DNA from: Octopus vulgaris
Lineage: Eukaryota
NCBI GenBank assembly: GCA_951406725.2
Contig: OX597821.1
Location: forward strand, 6,076,001 to 6,140,000
Direction of reading: 5' to 3'
Length of the DNA stretch: 64,000 nt
Shown in pieces: positions 54,955 through 64,000 of the stretch. The notes below the pieces were generated by a model. The model was not told where the DNA came from and did not search any database. It worked only from the letters and a program-made list of their open reading frames with translations. Made by a program: the position numbers and the translations under genes. The first letter of the stretch is position 1, and every line of letters starts with the position of its first letter.

Positions 54955-55210
54955 TTTATTCTTTTATTCTGTTACATGTTTCAGCCCTAATGCTGTGGCC
55001 ATGCTGGGGCTCTGCCTGTGTAATCACCCCTTTAATGGCCAATATTGTGATTGGCTTTTGGTGAAGGATGGTGTTCGACAATGATGCCCTCTTTTGAGTC
55101 TCCTGCCTTGATACGGTTCATCTGGGACTTTGGAAAGCAAGAGGTCAAGTTGTTTCTTGAAAACGTCAACCCCCAATCCATGGAGATCCCTCAAATGTTT
55201 TGGCAAGTTG
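54955..55210 (-). pseudogene. CR1/L2-like LINE 3' end inserted into a TTAA MITE
   Basis: LPKHLRDLHGLGVDVFKKQLDLLLSKVPDEP motif, followed by a 3' tail shared with SINE-A (ccagcatggccacagc...gctgaaaca). Confidence 0.65.
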
Positions 55211-58200
55211 TATTTAATTACATTGTTTTGAATTAATCACGCATTATATCGATTTTAATGACATGAACATTTATTTTTAGAATGACATTGTAGGATAGGC
55301 ATGAAAGACCAAATCTAACCATTTTGAACACAAAGCAGGTAGAATAATGGGCCAGATATAGCCAGTTTAAATGCTAAAGAGTTAAGAATCAGAAATCACA
55401 AGCTCAATGAGGAAGCTTCTATTTTGTTGCTCAATCTGCTAGAAATAGCAGCCAAATTTTCCTTAAATCAGGTCCTAATACAACAATTCCCATCCTGAGA
55501 TCTACAAAGGTTAATAGTAGATATTGATGTGCTGATTATTTACAGTTGATGGATATTTGTCCTCATCTTGTTTGTTGTTAATATAGAACTGTAATGTTGA
55601 GCTGAGTTCAAAATTTGTCAGATAGATGAACTGAGAAAGTCTTTAACAGGGGTCGGTCAGCAATATGGTCAGTATTGACCCCTAGAGGATGGGGTGTCTA
55701 ATTGGTTGTCTAAAGGCAGTCAATAAACACCAAAAACAATTTTGAGCATTAAGGATGCTAAATTATTAACAAAGTGAATCTGGAAGAGCATAGTAATTTA
55801 AAAGTAAAAGTTCAAGAAGGTGCATGGCTCAGTGGTTAGGGCGTCGGGTTCATGAGGTAGTGAGTTCAATTTCTGGACCAGGCTGTGTGTTGTGTTCTTG
55901 AGCAAGACACTTTATTTCATGTTATTCCAGTTTACTCTTCTGCAGAAATGTGTTTCAACATCACTGGTGCCAAGCTGTGTCGGTCTTTGACTTTCCGTGG
56001 GATAACATCGGTGGTGTGGAGAGGAAGAAGAGGCTGGTATGCATGGGTGACTGCGGTCTTCCATAAACAATCTTGCCTGGACTTGTGCTTCAAAGGGGAA
56101 CTTTCTAGATGCAATCCCATGGCTGTTCATGACCTAAGGGGGTCTTTACTCTTTACTAATTTCCAACCAATCATCAATGACTGTATTCACCAAACGCATA
56201 TTTTACATTAAAATACTTCATGGAGGAGGAGATTGGGAGGGTTGGTTTGTAAAAGGAGGACGCCCAAAACCAGGCAAGATGGTGAAATGGTGTGAGGACG
56301 GTTGCTATGGCATTGAGGTAGATCTGTTAACGGGGACAAAACTCGGATTTAAAACACTGGCTGATGATGATCATCATCATCTCTTCAAGACAGTGACCCC
56401 CAACATAGTCATGGTCCAATGAGAAACAAGGAAAGATAAAGTAGAAGAAAGAAAAGATACGATAGCTGATAGAAGAATTACTCTTTACTTGTTTCAGTCA
56501 TTTGACTGTGGCCATGCTGGAGCACTGCCTTTAGTCGAGCAAATCAACCCCGGGACTTATTCTTTGTAAGCCTAGTACTTATTCTATTGGTGTCTTTTGC
56601 AGATCCGCTAAGTTACGGTGATGTAAACACACCAGCATTGGTTGTCAAGCAATGTTGGAGGGACAAACACAGACACACACACATATGATTGATTGATTGA
56701 TTGATTCTAGTTTCAGCTTATGAGCTGTGGCCATGCTGGGGCACCGCATATACACACACATACATATATATATATAGACATATATACAACAGACTTCTTT
56801 CAGCTTCTGTCTACCAAATCCACTCACAAGGCTTTGGTCAGCCCGAAGCTATAGTAGAAGACACTTGCCCAAGGTGCCACGCAGTGGGACTGAACCCGGA
56901 ACCATGTCGTTGGTAAGCAAGCTACTTACCACACAGCCCCTCCTGCACCTATTAAATTAAGAAATTTTTTTGATTTAAAAGCATTAACACCTTTGTTCTT
57001 TTGTGTCAGTACTAGTTTTTAATGACAAACTATTTAAAGAAATTAAATAAAAATGCTTAAATTGGTAAAAAACAACCAAACGATTCAGTTGTATTATGTT
57101 GATATAGTCAGAAAATGAAGTATTTTAATGTAAAATATGTGTTTGGTGAATACTGTCATTGATGATTGGTTGGAAATTAGTAAAGAGTGAAGACCCCCTT
57201 AGGTCATGAACAACTATGGGATTACCTATAAAAAAGTAAAGTTACAGATGCATTGATGACCATTTAAAACCAACAAGAATAGGGAGAAGGCCTTCACTTG
57301 AGGAAATATAGGAGAGATACTGAAGCAGAGCTGAAAAAATCAAGGATCCTTTTGGAGAGAAGTGAAGCAGAAAAGAGAGACCTGAGTTAAAAACAGAGGG
57401 GGAAAATCATTGATGGCTTATGCTCCAAAGGGAGAGAAGGGCTTAATCCATTAGCATTTAAACTGACCATATCCAGCCCAAATATTCTACCAGTTTGATA
57501 TTCAAACTGACCAGATCTGGTCTCTCACACCAACCTTAAAATGATGTTTTAAAAACAAAGAATCACATCATCAAATCTCAAAGCTATGAGATAATTCATG
57601 ATTAATTCAAAATAATGTGAATAAATAAGCATTACATTTGACAGAGTGACCTGAATGCTAAGGGGTTAAATCTGACTTGATTTGGTGCTTTGGATGCTTA
57701 TAGCAGACTATTCTGTTGCAAACTGAAGGTACATGACTGTAAGGTTAGGGTGATTGCAAGATTGCGGTTTCAATTCCTGGATTAGGCAGTGTGTTATGTT
57801 CTTGAGCAAAACACTTAATCTCATGCTTGCTCTGGTCCACTCCAATCCCTGTGATGGATTGGTGCCCCACATGCATGAGGGATGTTGTGATCTCAGTCAA
57901 TTATGTCATGGAAACCAAGTAACTGACCCTAAGATTTTAAGGACTCAAGACAATAAAGTCCAGGGGGTTGATGATGATGGTGGTACAGGCCATCTCCTAC
58001 CTTGAGACCTTCTGATGGAAGATGTTTTCTTGCACCCATGTCAAAGGTCCTTTAAAGGGCCATGGGCTCTGCCTTTTCTCCTAATTAAAAGATTTAAAAA
58101 AAGTGGGGACGGAAAGCACAACCCTTTCAAAACCCTGGAGTATGCAGAAAAATTCATTTAAATAAAAGGGAGCCCTTTGTAAAGTAAATAATGCGAAAAT

Positions 58201-58748
58201 ATATATATATATATTAACGTTTTTAATAAAATTAACACGTGATGGTCACAACTAGAGTACCTACCTTCGATTATAATATGGTTCTACTCAATCACGACTG
58301 AATACGAAGAGGGGAGGAATAAATAATAACAATCTCATTGATTTCTTTCAATGGTACATTCAAATTGACGAAATACGATTCAGTGGCATTTATGCCTTTT
58401 CTCAAGGAAATAAAGACTCTACAACTATTGTTGTCATTACTATTAATACAACCAATTGATTTTACAACTGCTACTGCAATGAGTAAAAAAATATGTGTAT
58501 AGAGGTTAATAATACAGCCATTTAACCTTTCTCTTGTTGAAGTCGTTTAGCTCCAGCCTGGCCTGACCAAGAAAACATATGATCAAAAGCGTTCCAATCC
58601 TGACCATCCCATCTTTTGCTTTACGATGCTGTACAATAACCTGGACCCTATTATACATGTCCTTCGTACATGGAGGTAAAATGTGATACGCGATAGAGGG
58701 GGGAAGATTTGGCAGCTATTTCTAGCCTGTCGAACATCCGCATAGAGG

Positions 58749-58794
<46 letters not shown>

Positions 58795-59829
58795 ATCTAT
58801 CTATCTATCTCAATCGTTCGTTGTCTGTCGTTATTTCGAGTGAACTGTAAATGTGGTGGTGGTCGTGGAGGTAAGAGTTGTAATGAACGAAATCAATGCC
58901 GTGTGTGCGCGCGAGTATATGTAAATAGGCGCGTGTTTATATGTTTATAAAAGCGTGTGTTTTGTATGTGTGTTTATATGGTTGTGTGTGTGTTTGCGTG
59001 ATGGTGCGTGCGTGCATGTTTGTAAGGCGGTGTGTATGTGTTTTTGCCGCGATATTTAGCCATGGTAACAGCTATAGGGTTTGGGAGGAGAGGAAAAGCA
59101 ACGTAAATCGAGTGCATGTTTACTAGAGAACATAGACACACACACACATACACGCACACATACACACACACACACATCCACACACACACACACACACACG
59201 CACGCACACACATACGCACACACACACACACAAACATCCACACATTCACAAATATACATTAACCCTCAACAACCATTAAAAACCAATTATACACACACAC
59301 ACACACACATATATACACGAAAACATGCACACCTACTTATACAAGCATTAAAATCCATATATGCATGTATGTATGTATGTAATGCGTGTAGACACTTGCA
59401 TGCGATACAGACATAATATACAGTTCGGAAATGGTTAATAGCAGAATATAATGAAAGTCTCCGATCACTACGTGTGTTGTTTATATGTTTATTATAACGA
59501 CACCGAATAGCAGTAATGGATATATATATATATATATATATATACACCACACACACACACACATATATAGATAGATGGTTAGATACATAGAGAGAAAGAG
59601 AGAAATGTATGTATATGTAGAGTGAAAGAATTGAATGTGTGTGTGTGTGTTACACAACACAAACTAGTAGTTCAAAATATATATACACACCAAACACATA
59701 CACACATACATGTGTATGCATATATACATATATATAGATAGATACGTAGACAAATACTTATTTGAATGCATGCATACGTGTATATGTGTATGTATGTAGA
59801 GACAGACAGACCGACGGACGGGCGGAAAG

Positions 59830-60405
<576 letters not shown>

Positions 60406-61329
60406 GAGAATCATATAAACTGCTACAAAAATCAACATTAAGAGGAAGAATTTTATGTATTTGTATTTATGCATGCGGAAATACAGTAACTATGACTCCT
60501 TCAGAACATACAAGAGACGAAATAATAGGAATCTGTGGCTTTCATGCCGTTCCAGAGTGCAAGTGAATGCGCAAAATACAACACTTGCGAGAATCAGGAA
60601 CATATTAGCGGGGTTTTGTGCCGAATGTGCGTGTGTGTGTCTGTGTGTGTATAAGAGAGAATGCGTGCGTGTGAGATGGTGTTTATGAGAGAGAAAGTGC
60701 ATGTGAGAGAGAATTGCAAGTGCGTTTGTGTCCATGGGGGAGGGAGGAAAGAGAGAATGTGTGCACGCGCTTGGATGTGGAAGTCGGTGCGTGTGTGTGT
60801 GTGTGTGCGTGTGCTGCTAACAACAATAACAATTAAGGAACAATGAAATAAAGCTGTATTTGCGCACGCATACACATTATACATATAAACACACACACAC
60901 ACAATCACATTCTCTCTCTCTTTCACTCACAAACACACACATATATAAAAGCAGTGAGTGCGCGTAATTACGTCTATGTTTATGCTGCAATTAACCAACA
61001 CATGTACCTACACCTAGCTACCAATCTATCATCCATCTATCTATATATATATATATATAGATATATATATATATATATATATACATAAACATATATATAT
61101 ATATAAACATATATATATATATATATATTCACATATGCATAAACACACGCATGTGCGTGTGTAAATGCATGCGCGTGTGCGAATGTGCACGAGGTAACTA
61201 GCATATGTTTATATATAATATAAAAATATATTTAGACAACAAAAACAAGAAGTTGCATGTTAGCGGTGTGTGTGAGCACACGCGTAAATACATACATGTA
61301 TATAAATACATATATATGTATATATGTGC

Positions 61330-61410
<81 letters not shown>

Positions 61411-61618
61411 CACATATATATATATATATCTATGCATACACACATAAATACATACATGTATATATAATGCTACCCACCTTCACAATAAAATACAAATATG
61501 TATACATACACACCATACACATATACATATAATAATTACAGTCACAAGGAATAATAATCACAATAATAATAATTACAATAACGACACTGATGATGGTGAA
61601 ACATGATAAGAATCTCAC

Positions 61619-61704
61619 CTATAGTATTTAAATGCGTTCACGATCCTAACGAAGTGTTCTTTCTCCAACTCGTCGGCATCCTTAACATTATTCTCTTCCG
61701 CCAT
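61619..61704 (-). CDS. CARNMT1: Carnosine N-methyltransferase-like gene, coding exon 1 (MAEENNVKDADELEKEHFVRIVNAFKYY + 2 nt)
   Basis: ATG at 61704 in aagcATGG context. 86 nt (28 codons + AG), followed by donor AG|GTGAGA. EKEHFVRIVNAFKYY resembles the CARNMT1 N-terminal motif as I recall it (E-R-E-H-F-W-K-I-I-N-A-F-R-Y-Y). The phase-2 end matches the phase of the exon at 24190. Too short to appear in the ORF track. Confidence 0.9.
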
Positions 61705-61880
61705 GCTTCACGCTAATTCACTTCAGAAGAGAAGTTGTAAACGGTAGGACGAAAAGCGAATTGCCGACTGAAAAGACGGCTGGCTAGAAGTGACATAATT
61801 CATTTTGCCGGTCGCTCGTTCGGTTTGTCAGATGGGGGAAGTGAGGGTTTCCCCCTTTTTTTCTCTTCTTTTTCTGACAT
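61705..61880 (-). promoter_or_regulatory. Probable 5' UTR / proximal promoter of the CARNMT1-like gene
   Basis: Unique, CpG-containing, non-repetitive island directly upstream of the ATG, bounded by (TA)n. The TSS cannot be determined from sequence. Confidence 0.5.
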
Positions 61881-61931
61881 ATGATTTTGAATTCTATAGG
61901 TATGTGAGTATAAATAGATATATCTATATAC

Positions 61932-62035
<104 letters not shown>

Positions 62036-62286
62036 GTACAGTATGTGATATATATATATATACCATATATATATTTTATATATTTCCTCTGCCTTCCCTT
62101 CTATATATCTTTCCTTCTCCTATGTTTATTGTAAACGGTAAGAAGAGCTCCGCCTCAAATTATGTAAATAAACCCTCCTTCTTTCCTTCTTTCCTGAGCG
62201 TCCAATAATACTATATTTCAGTTCCACATCCTTGCGTTGTTGTTTGGTGTTGTTTTCTTGTTTGGATTAACTTTATATATATATAT

Positions 62287-62332
<46 letters not shown>

Positions 62333-63099
62333 TTTCAAATGGAATTGTATGAAGAAATATATTGTTTGACCAGGAATAACTTGTTAGCTGAATCTATCTT
62401 CCTTTAATGAATTTTTTATATACATGCATACATATATATATATATGTGTGTGTGTGTGTATGTGTGTGCGTGTATCTGTGTTTGTCCCCCCCCAACATTG
62501 CTTGACAACCGATGCTGGTGTGTTTATGTCCCCACAACTTAGCGGTTCGGCAAAAGAGGCCGATAGAAAAAGTACTAGGCTTACAAAGAATAAGTCCTGG
62601 GTCGACTTGCTCGACTAAAGGCGGTGCTCCAGCATGGCTGCAGTCACATAACTGAAACAAGTAAAGAGTATATATTATTTCTTTATTTCTTTTACTTATT
62701 TCAGTCATTTGACTGTGGCCATGCTGGAGCACCCCCTTTAGTCAACGAAACTGACACCAGGACTTATTCTTTGTAAGCCTAGTATTTATTCTATTGGTCT
62801 CTTTTGCCGAACCACTATGTTACAGGGACATAAACACACCAGCATCGGTTGACAAGCAATGGTAGGGGGACAAACACAGACAAACAAATACATGCATATA
62901 TGTATATCTGACAGGCTTCTTTCAGTTTCTGTCAACCAAATTTTACTCACAAGGCTTTGGTCGGCCCAAGTCTATAGTAGAAAACACTTGCCCAAGGTAC
63001 CATGCAGTGGGACTGAACACAGAGCCATGTGGTCTGGAAGCATGTGTAAGTGTACACTCGAGTGAAATTCCTCTCCTCTATATTGTATATACATACAAA

Positions 63100-63791
63100 C
63101 GTAGGAGATAACAGCTAGCCTTTGGCTGCATTTTGGACCCTATTGTGTCCACTACTCTGATTGGTTGGTATTGGCGCAATTTGTCTCTTGCTCTGTCACG
63201 CGCCTATATGCATCCCAACCAATCACAGCCTTTAAATAAGGTTACATGTGACAGCCTGTTTTCTACCCAGCATTGAGTCTACAACTTCTTATAAAACTCC
63301 AGCTTCTCGTTTCGAGGTCTTTCGGTATCAGACCTTTTAAGGTCTAGCCACTGACCACACAAGACACTGCCAGTTCCAGTCACAACACAGCAGCAGCCAC
63401 GTAGAGACTCACCAACTTCGTCCAACAGCATTCGGCGACCTCCATCTCCATTGCCACCATTCGTCCCAATGTCAACATCTCTCTACATACTTGCACTGGT
63501 TACAACACTGCACTGTTCGTGAATTACTCCACCATGGATCAACAGTGAATATACAATATGAGAGAACTCCTGTACCAAGTGACCTAGGCAGCAGTCACAA
63601 CCTCATGTACAATACGTACCATAACCGGCTCTACATCATCACCACAACTTCTTGATACAGTATTTCAACTATCATGTACAATTGACTACAAAGTGGTATT
63701 ATTATTCATCTTTCTTGTGTCTATGAACTTACTCCTCACTTCGATGGCTATAGACTCTTTCGCTGTCTTTTCTTCATCGCCATCCTTATAT
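63100..63791 (+). mobile_element. Possible degenerate solo LTR
   Basis: Complex non-coding block with inverted CCAAT boxes (gattggttgg / ccaaccaatc), TATAAAA at about 63289, imperfect termini cgtagga...tccttata, and TGG immediately after. Confidence 0.3.
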
Positions 63792-64000
63792 GGTCTTAAC
63801 ATGCTTACGTCTATGTCTATATGCACACGCATACATCTTGTTCTTATGACAGCCTGTCTATTATTCTGTCTATTATATGACATACACACAACCACACATG
63901 TTAACATATCAATAAATCTTCTCTTAAACATTCTTTCCCGTTGTGTCTCTTTTTTTCCCTCTGGCACTTATATGCATTATTCTATCTATATTTATTGTAT

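Overview
AT-rich, microsatellite- and SINE-saturated animal DNA. The repeat families (tRNA-headed SINEs, RTE 3' ends ending in (GAT)n, TTAA MITEs) match what I recall of Octopus genomes. The only host gene I can support is on the minus strand: the first two coding exons of a carnosine N-methyltransferase (CARNMT1-like), at 61704-61619 and 24190-23989. They are joined in phase across a 37,428-nt GT-AG intron, and I could not find exon 3 in the window. Almost all ORF-track entries are microsatellite or SINE artefacts. The rest of the window is layered mobile DNA: about five tRNA-SINE families; RTE, RTE-X, CR1-like and R4/Dong-like LINE remnants; Tc1/mariner remnants; hAT- and piggyBac-type MITEs; and non-autonomous Helitron/Helentron elements. 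The most interesting signal is a set of short, sequence-unrelated elements carrying minimal type-I hammerhead ribozyme (HHR) motifs. Each has a palindromic stem III, but the palindrome differs between families, and the elements often sit as head-to-head inverted repeats, a Penelope-like architecture. One family fuses a tRNA-derived Pol III head to an HHR-bearing tail and shows 12-16 bp target-site duplications, so it is a candidate Penelope-mobilised, ribozyme-carrying SINE. Repeat boundaries were read by eye and are approximate; no database searches or folding programs were run.
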